The translations under genes were made by a program, and so were the position numbers. The notes beneath the pieces are model-generated. The model made no database searches. It saw only the letters and a program-made list of their open reading frames with translations, and was not told the DNA's origin. A stretch of DNA of 61,502 nucleotides, counting the filler, from Chiloscyllium plagiosum (lineage: Eukaryota), in NCBI RefSeq assembly GCF_004010195.1. It is 3 parts of one record of this genome, joined end to end, with 100 filler letters (N's around TTAATTAATTAA, not from the genome) between each part and the next. Parts side by side here need not be neighbours in the genome. Positions count along the whole stretch, not along the records: positions 50,771 to 61,502 come from NC_057713.1; 2 more parts are not named here. One strand, 5' to 3'. Below are positions 51,601 to 61,502 of this stretch, piece by piece. The number at the start of each line of letters is the position of its first letter. Position 1 is the stretch's first letter.

Positions 51601-52770
51601 AGGTGAGGGGAGTGGTGTGGGCGCAGGTTTTGCACTTCCTGGGGTGACAGGAAAAGGTGCCAGGAGTTGGGTGTCGGCTGGTGGGGGGTGTGGACCTGAT
51701 GAGGGAATCGCAGAGGGAATGGTCTTTCCAGAGCACTGATAGGGGTGGGGAGGGAAATATATCTCTGGTAGTGGGGTCCGTTTGGAGGTGGCAGAAGTGG
51801 CAATTGCAACTTCCCTTCCCATGTGGTTGACGATACCCTCCAGCATATCTCCTCCACCTCATGCACCACTGCCTTGAACTCCACCCTTCCCAACGCAACA
51901 AGGACAGAAACTCCTGGTCCTCACCTTCCACCCCACCAACCTCCGCATACGTCCTCCGCCACATCCGCCACCTCCAAATGGACCCCACCACCAAAAATAT
52001 ATTTCCCTCCCCACCCCTATCAGAGTTCCGGAAAGACAATTCCCTATGTGACTCTTCCGTCAGGTCCACATCCCCCACCAGCCCACACCTTTCCCTGCCA
52101 ACACAGGAAATGCAAAACCTGTGCCCACAACACACCCCTCACTTCTGTCCAAGGCCCCAAGGGATCCTTCCACGTCCATCAGAAATTTACCTGTACCTCT
52201 ATCAATGTCATCTATTGCATCCGTTGTACCTGGTGTGGTCTCCTCTACATCAGGGATACAGAATGCCTTCTTACGGATCATTTCAGAGAATATCTCTAGG
52301 TCACCCGTACCCACTAACCCCATTGCCCCATGGCTGAACAACTCCCACTCCGTCAAGGACAGACAGGTCCTGGGCCTCCTCCGCTGCCAAACTGTTACCA
52401 CCCGATGCCTGGAGGAAGAACGCCTCATATTCCACTTCAGGACCCAGTCACCACACCAGAAAAATGTAGATTTCAACAGCTTTCTCATTTCCCCACTCAC
52501 TGCGCTATCGCAGTCCCAAGCTTCCAACTCAGCACCACCCTCTGGACCTGTCCATCACTTCCCCCTCTGACCTATCACCTTTTCCCTCACCTTCATCCAC
52601 CTATCGCTTTCCCAGCTACCTCTCCCTAAATCCACCCCCTCCCATTTACCTCTCAGCCTCAACCCACAAGAGACATTCCTGATGAAGTGCTTATGTCTGA
52701 AATGTCGATTCTCCTGCTCCTTGGACGCTGCCTGACCTGCTGCGCTTTTCTACCAATACACTCTCGACTC
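51601..52770 (+). mobile_element. Penelope 3' part (GIY-YIG + pseudo-LTR) preceded by an inverted partial copy
   Basis: CKTC..FTCTSINVIYCIRC..CGLLYI (GIY-YIG); EEERLIFHF; hammerhead core at 52675-52710. The segment 51601-~51800 is the reverse complement of ~51955-52145. Confidence 0.85.
52675..52710 (+). ncRNA. Minimal type I hammerhead ribozyme motif (degenerate) in the Penelope pseudo-LTR
   Basis: ATTC-CTGATGA-AGTGC TTAT GTCT-GAAA-T-GTC-GATT. Confidence 0.55.
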
Positions 52771-52942
52771 ATTTGACAACCAGCCCATTCCAAGTCTTAA
52801 ACCTTACAACAGGTCCTTCCTTAAATAAAGCCATCAATACTGTGCATTGTAGTCCACATGTGGTCTCACTAGAGGTCTCCATAACTAAAGCACACCCTCC
52901 CTTCTTTTATATTCAATTCCCCTTATGATAAATTATAACATT

Positions 52943-53584
52943 TGTTATGGACTAGGCAAGATGACTCAAAATATTCTTAAGCAGGCAGCCCCAGACCATA
53001 ACGTTGCAATTTGTTTCAGTATGTGTACAGTGAAAATTATCGGGAGTAAGTAAGCAAGGTTGACTACTAGATTTTAAAACAGACAAAACTTTATTCACAA
53101 AATTACACAATGAAGCACAAAGAACAGAATAAAGAACCCATACAACCAATCCAACTAGACTTAATTATGCTGTTCCAAGTATACACAACAGTCCCAATAA
53201 GCAAACTCCCTTTAAAAAAACAATATAAATGGAACACATGCTTACAGGTTGACTTTGAAGAGCAGAAAAAAGAGAGTTTTCACACAGCTCCTTGTAGAAC
53301 TTCCCAGTTCAACGCTTAACTAAAACTGTTCAGTTGAACTCAGCTTGAGAGCTGACTACTCACCTATCTTTATACATGTCACTTCTAAAGCATGACCACT
53401 TTGGCCTGAAGTCTCATCTGTTTACATATAAACAAAAGGCCTCTCAAAATTCTTTTCATCTCTGTACCAAACCGACTGATCGGAGCCCAGCCTGGTTTAT
53501 TACCCCTCTGAAAAAATCAAGGACAGAGTCTCCTTGAGCTAAGGAATAACTTTTAGGAAATAAAAAGGGACTAGCTTTGTGACA
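52943..53584 (-). mobile_element. Solo LTR (642 bp) with 4-bp TSD
   Basis: TGTTA...TGTGACA termini; TSD CATT at 52939-52942 and 53585-53588; minus-strand TATAAA (~53369-53374) and AATAAA (53090-53095). Removing it rejoins a CR1 fragment. Confidence 0.8.
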
Positions 53585-54053
53585 CATTCAATTAGCTTTC
53601 CTGATTACATACTTAACCTCCACAATTAATGCATGGGCCACATAGATCTCTGTGTATCTTAGTTCTGCATTCTGTCATGATTTTGATTTTTAAAAACATT
53701 TTCTGCCAAAATTATAATTTCACATTTTCGCACATTTTACTCTATTTGCCAATCACTTTATTTCTGTAGGCTTCTTCTGTCTCCTGATCTTAATGCAGGT
53801 GGAAGTATCTTCATTTCCTCTCATTATTTTGATAACTTCGCCACCCTTCAGTCTTCTCTTACTAGAAAAAATTTACATAATATTTCTTGATAGTTTGGCA
53901 TCATTGTCGTAAATTCCTTTTGCACCTTCTGCAAATACTTTTGGTTTTCATACACTGTAATGGTAATAAAGTGTTATGTATTGTTGAGGTATTCTCCTTT
54001 CCTAGACTTTAACATTAATAGCTTTAACATTATTGTTAACTTATATACTCAGT

Positions 54054-54400
54054 GTCAGCCTTTGCTATAATGGTAGCTCTCTCGCCTCTGTGTCATAAGG
54101 TTCCAGGATCAAGTCCCATTTCTTGGGATTGAAGACAAAATTCAAGGCTGGCACTCTATTGTGTTACTAAGGGAATGATGAGAGATAGTAATGTGAGGTC
54201 CAGTTGCCTGATTGGGTGGATGTGAGAAACCTATGGGCTATAAGCTTTAGACTGATAACACTGTGCCTCTGGAATAGAAGATTGCAGGCTAAAGCCTTGC
54301 TTCAGGAATTTGGGCACTTAAATTAGACTGGCCCTATAAGGAGTGCTGAGGGATTGCTGTACAGTTGAAGATATGATTTACCTCTGAAAGCAGGTAGGTA
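54054..54400 (+). mobile_element. Old tRNA-derived SINE remnants (DeuSINE/SacSINE-like)
   Basis: GGTAGCTCTCTCGCCTCTGTGTCA.AAGGTT..GGATCAAGTCCC head, followed by a second, more decayed head. Confidence 0.45.
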
Positions 54401-55003
54401 CATTAGAATCATGTAAAAATACAGCACAGAAGGAAGATTTTTAGCTTATTGTGCTGTGAATTAACTATGCATTTGGGACTTCGAATGAATTTGAATATTA
54501 CATGTATTGGAGATGTGTTGGAGAAGCGTTTTTGAGGTTTTGAGGTATTGGGTGATGGCCAAATGGAGTTGGAGAAGGGGATAGGTGTGAGAGCAATTGG
54601 GAACAGATAGTGGTGGCGGGAGGGGAAACAGCAATCCAGGGAGACATGAGAAAGGGTACAGATGAAAGCAGAGGAAAAATAGTGATCTTGTACAGAACTG
54701 GCAGTTGGGAGTATTGATGATAACTGGGTGGGTTTGGTGGTGAAGCTTGGGAGGTGTTTACTGGAATCTTGGGCACTTGTGACCCTCCTGTTCAAAAAAG
54801 GCATTCACTCACCTTAACAGAATCAACATTTTGTCGCCTCCTTGTACCTGTTGAGTTTTCACAAGCTTTGGAAATCCAGTTGAAAGGAATTTAAAAATGG
54901 AATAACTGCTAAACAGAATGAAGGCAAGCTGTGTTATTATGATAGTGAAATGAACAATTCATTCCTTGCAAACACATTGGTTGCCTGCTTCTTGTCACTT
55001 TGG

Positions 55004-55313
55004 GTTTAGATTACATTACAGAGTGGAAACAGGCCCTTCGGCCCAACAAGTCCACACCACCCCGTCGAAGCGCAACCCACCCATACCCCTACATGTACCC
55101 CTTACCTAACATTACGAGCAATTTAGCATGGCCAATTCACCTGACCTGCACATCTTTGGACTGTGGGAGGAAACCAGAGCACCCAGAGGAAACCCACGCA
55201 GACACAGGGAGAATGTGCAAACTCCACACAGTCAGTCGCCGAGGCGGGAATTGAACCCTGGTCTCTGGCACTGTGAGGCAGCAGTGCTAACCACTGTGCC
55301 ACTGTGCCACCCA
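55004..55313 (-). mobile_element. Full-length young HE1-like V-SINE
   Basis: Minus strand GGTGGCACAGTGGCACAGTGGTTAGCACTGCTGCC..GGTTCAATTCC, V domain, TGTAATGTAATCT tail. Confidence 0.9.
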
Positions 55314-55705
55314 CGGTTGAGGTGGATCTGGTTCCTGCTTCATATTTTTTGCATTTTAAGTTTGAACACCTCCCCAGTCCACCATTTTTGGGAGTTGAGT
55401 TTTAGCCCTGAATTTGTCTGAATGTCAATTAAGAATGACTTTGTGTGAAGGGTTTTGGGATGTCCTGAGGTTGTGAAAGATGCTATATAAATATACGTTT
55501 TTATTTAAGTGATAGCAACTTATACCTGCTTGGTGCTGGAGCTGCCACCTTTGAAGTGTTACTAATTCCTTCAGTCAGGGAACATTATGCTTGAGTCATT
55601 TGAAGCTCATTATTACAAAGAAGGTTGAATATATTTTGAGATATCTTTTCTCCCTCTCAGCCTGTTGACTCAGTTCCATTCAGAGCAATGCAATAACAAA
55701 AGTAA

Positions 55706-55807
55706 TTTCTGGATTAGAGTGGTGCTGGAAAAGCACAGCTGTTCAGACAGCATCCAAGGAGCAGGAAAATCGATGTTTCGGGCAAAAGCCCTTCATCAGG
55801 AATATCT
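55706..55807 (-). mobile_element. 102-bp Penelope pseudo-LTR insertion with 14-bp TSD
   Basis: TSD AATAACAAAAGTAA at 55692-55705 and 55808-55821. Confidence 0.8.
55768..55803 (-). ncRNA. Minimal hammerhead ribozyme motif
   Basis: Minus strand ATTC-CTGATGA-A-GGGC TTTT GCCC-GAAA-C-ATC-GATT: intact CUGAUGA and GAAA boxes and a perfect 4-bp stem II. Confidence 0.65.
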
Positions 55808-56450
55808 AATAACAAAAGTAAGAAAGCACTGTCTTTACTTCTGTTGTGAGCTTACATCAAACTTGTAATACTGAACATGAGCCATGCATGATTCTATCTG
55901 ATATAGTGGATTCCTATCGATGATATGCTCACTCAGTCTTGTGGTGATAAAGTTTTGGTGACACACTTCTAACCTAACACATTTTCTTTCTTGCGCAGAT
56001 AAACAAGGACCACCTGGAACCTGGACCACCTGGAGTGCAAGAAACCACAAAGTCTCAGCAATAACAAACAGCAACTCACAAATAGTGGTACCTGCCCTAG
56101 CACACACTAATACTCCAACAAATCCCGATATGTGGCTTCATTTTGACATCCCTCTGCTGTTGAAAATCAGTGAAGGAACAAATTAAAAGTGATACACAAA
56201 ATTACCAGGCCTATTAATGCTTACTTTTCTATGAGACTCTTTTGAAATAGTGAAACATCATATACAAATGTTAACTTGGCTAGCAAATAGGTTAGAATAA
56301 TGTCAACTGTGTGGGTTCAAACCCAGTTTCAGATAAGGTAGACATGAGACACTGTCTCCTCATCTCTCCATGCGTTTTGTGAAGTGGTACCCCACAAGTT
56401 ATATGCTTAATTGTGTGTGGGTATCTATCGGTTGTGATGTGGAAGTGCTA

Positions 56451-58760
56451 GTCATAGAGTAATAGAGATGTACAGCATGAAAACAGACCCTTTGGTCCAA
56501 CCCGTCCATGCCGACCAGATATCTCAACCCAATCTAGTCCCACCTGCCAGCACCCGGCCCAGATCCCTCCAAACCCTTCCTATTCATATACCCATCCAAA
56601 TACCTCTTAAATGTTGCAATTGTACCAGCCTCCACCACTTCCTCTGGCAGCTCAATTCCATACCCATACCACCCTCTGTGTGAAACGTTGCCCTTTAGGT
56701 CTCTTTTATATCTTTCCCCTCTCTCCCTAAACCCATGTCCTCTAGTTCTAGACTCCCCGACCCCAGGGAAAAGACTTTGTCTATTTATCCAATCCATGCC
56801 GCTCATGATTTTATAAACCTCTATAAGGTCACCCTCTCAACCTCCGACGCTCCAGGGAAATCAGCCCCAGCCTGTTCAGCCTCTCCCTCTCGCTCAAATC
56901 CTTCAACCCTGGCAACATCCTTGTAAATCTTTTCTGAACCCTTTCAAGTTTCACAACATCTTTCCGATAGGAAGGAGACCAGAATTGCACGCAATATTCC
57001 AACAGTGGCCTAACCAACGTCCTGTACAGCTGCAACATGACCTCCCAACTCCTGTACTCAGTGCTCTGACCAATAAAGGAAAGCTCTGATTTGCCTTTCC
57101 AAAATGCAGCACCTGGCATTTATCTAAACTAAACTCCATCTGCCATTTCTCAGCTCATTGGCCCATCTGATCAAGATCCCATTGTATTCTGGGGCAACCT
57201 ACTTCGCTGTCCACCTCATCTCCAACTTTGGTGTCATCTGCAAACTTACTAATTATACCTCCTATGTTCACATCCAAATCATTTCTTTAATTGACAAAAA
57301 GTAGTGGACCCAGCACCGATTCTTGTGGCATTTCACTGGTCGCAGGCCTCCAGTCTGAAAAGTAACCTTCCACCACCACCTTCTGTCTTTTACCTTTGAG
57401 CCAGTTCTGTATCCAAATGATTAGTTCTCCCTGTATTCTATGAGATCTAACCTTGCTAACCAGTCTCCCATGGGGAACCGTGTTGAATGCCTTACTGAAG
57501 TCCATATATATCATGTCTACTGATCTGCCCGCATCAATCCTTTTTGTTACTTCTTCAAAAAACTCAATCAAGTTTGTGAGACACGATTTCCCATGCACAA
57601 AGCCATGCTGACTATCCCTAATCAGTCCTTGCCTTTCCAAATTCATATACATCCTGTCCCTCAGGATTCCCTCCAACAACTTGCCCACCATTGATGTCAG
57701 GCTCATCAGTTTATTGTTCCCTGGCTTGACCTTACTACCTTTCTTAAATAGTGGCACCACGTTAGCCAAGCTCCAGTCTTCCGGCACCTCACCTGTGACT
57801 ATCAATGATACAAATATCTCAGTAAGAGGCCGAGCAATCACTTCTCTAGATTCCCACAGAGTTCTATGGCACACCTGATTAGGTCCTGGAGATTTATCCA
57901 CTTTTGTGCATTTCAAGACAGCCAGCAACTTTTCCTCTATAATAGGGACATTTTTCAAAATGTCACCATCTATTTCCCCACATTCTATATCTTCCATGTT
58001 CTTCTCCACAGTAAACACTGATGGAAAATATGCATTTACTATCTCCCCCACCTCCTGCGGCTCTACATTTAGGTTGCTTTGCTGATCTTTGAGGCACGTT
58101 ATTCTCTCCCTAGTTACCCTTTGCCCTTATAGTATTTATAAAAATGCTCTGGATTCTCCTTAACCCTATTTGCCAGTGATCCAAAAATATGAATCCTTCT
58201 CGCCTGCACCAGCTCCTCAGCTACTCATTAATCTGCCCTATCCTCCTATTCCTACCCTTACTAGCCGTGTGACTAATCAAGATATTACTACCTTTGAGGA
58301 CCTCCTGCCTAACTCTCTGTAATCTCCCTTCAGAATCTCATCCTTTACTTTTCCTATGTCATTGTTTCCTATGTGTACAATGATCTTCTGCTGGTCCCTC
58401 TCGCCTTTGAGAACATTCTGCACCCTCTCTGAGATATCCTTAACCCTGGCACCAGAGAGGCAACATTCCATTCTGATTTTTCACTGCTAGCCGCAGAAAC
58501 GTCTGTCTGTACCTCTGACTAGAGAGTTCTCTATCACAATTGATCACTTCGAACCTGACATTCCCCTCATTACAGTAGAACCTGTCTGAATACCAGAAAC
58601 TTGGCTGTTCATGCTACATTCCCCTGAGAATCCATCAGCCCCTACATTTTCCAAAACAACATACCTTTTTGAAATGGGAATAGCCGCAGAAGTCTCCTGT
58701 ATTACCTGCCTACTCCTACCTTTTCTGGAGTTAACCCATCTATCTGACTGTATCTGTGAC
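56451..58760 (-). mobile_element. CR1/HER1 LINE with internal deletions (ORF1 esterase remnant + RT + 3' end)
   Basis: CLSGARVKD..VHIGNNDIG; 254-aa RT frame with QHGFVHGKSCLTNL, YMDFSKAF, PQESVLGP; 3' tail near 56451. Confidence 0.9.
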
Positions 58761-60757
58761 TTGGTCTAGGAAGTTGTGTATCGTACTTCACAGATTATTT
58801 ACCAATGTTTCTAAAAAGGTTAGAATCAGGCATGTGAGATAAACTAAATGGTGAAACATTTGCATGTACCTTCAACCAGAAGTTCAAGGAGATCGTTCTC
58901 GTTAGCCATGCTCTCAGCTCTCCAGAACATCAAGAAATGGCTGACAGCCATGGATACAGTATGGCATACAGGCAGAAACAGCAACTCAGCTATAATCCTG
59001 CAAACCTCTGCTAAACTATGCCAGCACATCTGGAATATTGATATCTACTCAACAATGTGAAAAATTACCAATGTGTGTATTGTCCACAAAAGGCTGGACA
59101 AATTCAATCTTGCAAATTACCACCTTATTATCTTATGCCCAATCACTACCAAAGAGATGGAAAGAAGAATCAGTCACTGATGCTCACCAATAACCTGTTC
59201 ATCAATTCTAAGTTTGACTTCGATCAGGATTACTGATAGCTAGTCCTCATTGTAGTCCAACATGTACACAAGTGGTGAAATGAAAGTGATTTCCCAGAGA
59301 TTAGAGTCATATCTAGCAGAAATGGAGAAGTGTGTGGGTGTTGGAGGCCAATAACCTCAGTCCAGACATCAGCAGTTCCTCAGAGAAGCATCCTGGACTC
59401 AACTGTCCTCAGCTGCTTCTTCATTGTAAATTCAGAAGTGTTTCCGCCTTACCCCTGTGTCCTGTGCATGTACAGAAGCTGACACTGAGACATAAGTGGA
59501 ACAGTAGCAGGCGGAACTAAATTTGTTCCTTTTTGCCTGATGCTTACTGTACAGTTGCCACAGATACTAACTGAGCTATATGTTACGAGATGGAAGAGGA
59601 TCATTCCCTTTTACTCCCTGTGCACTGTGCACAGGCAGCTGCTGCTGAAGCACACTCAAAACATGTAGTGGAGGTGGGGTAACTTGGTCTATTTTAACCT
59701 TATGCATTCATGTAAGGTAACTGAGACAGACATGATGAATGCAGTAAGATTTGGGAGTGATAACTAGAGCTTCACTGATAACTAGAGCTTATTGTGTTAT
59801 ATGAGCTGATACTGAAGAAGTAGGACTCTTAAAAAGAAAATCGACAGATGTAAGGCTTCTTTAGAATAAATAAAAACAAGAATCTTATAAAGGCCTGAAT
59901 GATCTGGACAATGGCAAGATCTGTAGCAGAATTGGATGAGAATTCCAACAAGACCAATCTCAAAGTCAAGAGCAACTCTATGCATCTTTTATGCATTTGC
60001 CAAGCGATGAAATGTGTTTCTTGCAAGGCAGTAACCAGTGGTCATTTAAGGGGGAATTATAGCTTGTTGAATGCTTCATCAATACTGCAGTTCACTTATT
60101 AATATTGATCTTCATATCTTACACCAAAACCAGATATGAAGACTTCTCTAGCTGGAATTCAGAGGGGTACCTGCCAACTTCAGTTCACCACTGGCTGAGA
60201 GGAGGCTGTATGCTGCTCCACAGCAAACAGCATCTCTGGGTACAGTCCATTGCCATCAGCTGCACACCCTCTCACACCCCCATTCCCTCCCCCCCCATTG
60301 ATGCACATGGGCACCTGACACTTGGCATCCTGGCACCTCTCCAATTCACTTTCAGAGTTATTTAGGAAACAGAGATTCGCATTACAGGGCATTGAAACTA
60401 GCATTGAGGAGTTATAGCAGGGATACTTTGCACACAGGATTCCCAGCTCCTGGTTTGGACCAGACTATATCTCAGGGCAGCTTGTTCAGTGCCTACCTAC
60501 CTGCATGTTCTCAGTATCCTTGCTTGGGGATGTGGGGGTTCCATGCAGCCAAAACATACCATGCGTTTTCAACCAAAGGTGAGGGCTAATCTTCAGCTCA
60601 GTCAAAGGGAAGGTGCTGTTTGTCAACAAGTCCCAGAACCATCAGTCCAGGCCCAGTCCACACATAGTCCAGAGGCTTGACCATAGTCAGTCATCCCTTG
60701 GGCTGCTCAAACGTCAGAGGAACTACAGTCTAGGAGTGAGCAATGGTCGGAACTTGA

Positions 60758-60978
60758 GATAGATTAGATTAGATTAGATTAGATTACAGTGTGGAAACAG
60801 GCCCTTCAGCCCAACAAGTCCACACCGACCCGCCGAAGCGAAACCCACCCATACCCCTACATTTACCCCTTACCTAACACTACGGGCAATTTAGCATGGC
60901 NNNNNNNNNNNNNNNNNNNNAACCCGGGTCTCTGGCGCTGTGAGGCAGCAGTGCTAACCACTGTGCCACCGTGCCGCC
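60758..60978 (-). mobile_element. HE1-like V-SINE with an internal 20-N gap and (AATCT)n tail
   Basis: Matches 55004-55313; (AGATT)n at 60761-60785; N at 60901-60920. Confidence 0.85.
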
Positions 60979-61132
60979 CATGATCGTATGGAATACCAGA
61001 ACAGGCTCAAAGGACTGAACGGCTTATTCCTGTTCATAGCGCCTAGGTTTTCTGTCGAACCAGTGTCAGCAGTTAGGTGGAACATCACACAGGGAGCTGC
61101 AAAGAGAGCAGCCAGTGGTCTGGTCAGTCATG

Positions 61133-61502
61133 CACTTTCGGGCCAGCGACCATTATTCCATTCGTTTTAAAATAGTGATGGAAAAGGATAGACCAGATCT
61201 AAAAGTTGAAGTTCTAAATTGGAGAAAGGCCAATTTTGATGGTATTAGGCAAGAACCTTCGAAAGCTGATTGGAGGCAGATGTTTGCAGGTAAAGGGACG
61301 GCTGGAAAATGGGAAGCTGTCAGAACTGAGATAACAGGAATCCAGAGAAAGTATATTCCTGTCAGGGTGAAAGGGAAGGCTGGTAGGTATAGGGAATGCT
61401 GGATGACTAAAGAAATTGAGGGTTTGGTTAAGAGAAAGAAGGAAGCATATGTCAGGTATAGACAGGATAGATTGAGTGAATCCTTAGAAGAGTATAAAGG
61501 AA
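61133..61502 (+). mobile_element. CR1 ORF2 fragment, open to the window end
   Basis: SDHYSIRFKIVMEKDR..NWRKANFDGIR..WMTKEIEGLVKRKKEAY with no stop before 61502. Confidence 0.8.

Noticed and set aside
52943..53584. Solo LTR as the missing 5' LTR of the ERV
   Set aside because: No visible similarity to the 3' LTR, no PBS, and it has its own complete TSD.
4403..61502. Numerous 60-180 aa ORFs in the six-frame track
   Set aside because: They are transposon remnants, antisense shadows of transposon ORFs or random frames; none shows recognisable host-gene homology, although small exons of an unrecognised gene cannot be excluded by eye.

Overview
Vertebrate genomic DNA, most likely a shark or other elasmobranch (inferred from HE1-type V-SINEs, HER1/CR1 LINEs and shark-style Penelope repeats; species not determinable here). 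The only host coding sequence I can support is the terminal coding exon and 3' UTR of ZFAT (+, 3120-3365). The remaining ~57 kb is repeat-dense intergenic DNA: many CR1/HER1 LINE pieces (one near full length), tRNA-derived SINEs, a decayed Gypsy element, a decayed Harbinger transposon and a solo LTR with a 4-bp TSD. Two things stand out. (1) A 5'-truncated but otherwise nearly complete class I endogenous retrovirus on the minus strand (~50165 to 42607; gag-pro-pol-env-PPT-LTR) with HERV-I-like motifs and a preserved gag/pol amber read-through stem, cut off by a Penelope insertion. (2) A population of ~95-300 bp Penelope-derived insertions, often palindromic, flanked by 9-14 bp target-site duplications and often carrying minimal hammerhead-ribozyme cores. 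Three assembly gaps are present, two with an artificial TTAATTAATTAA linker. Repeat boundaries are by-eye estimates. Family names come from motif recognition, not from database searches.
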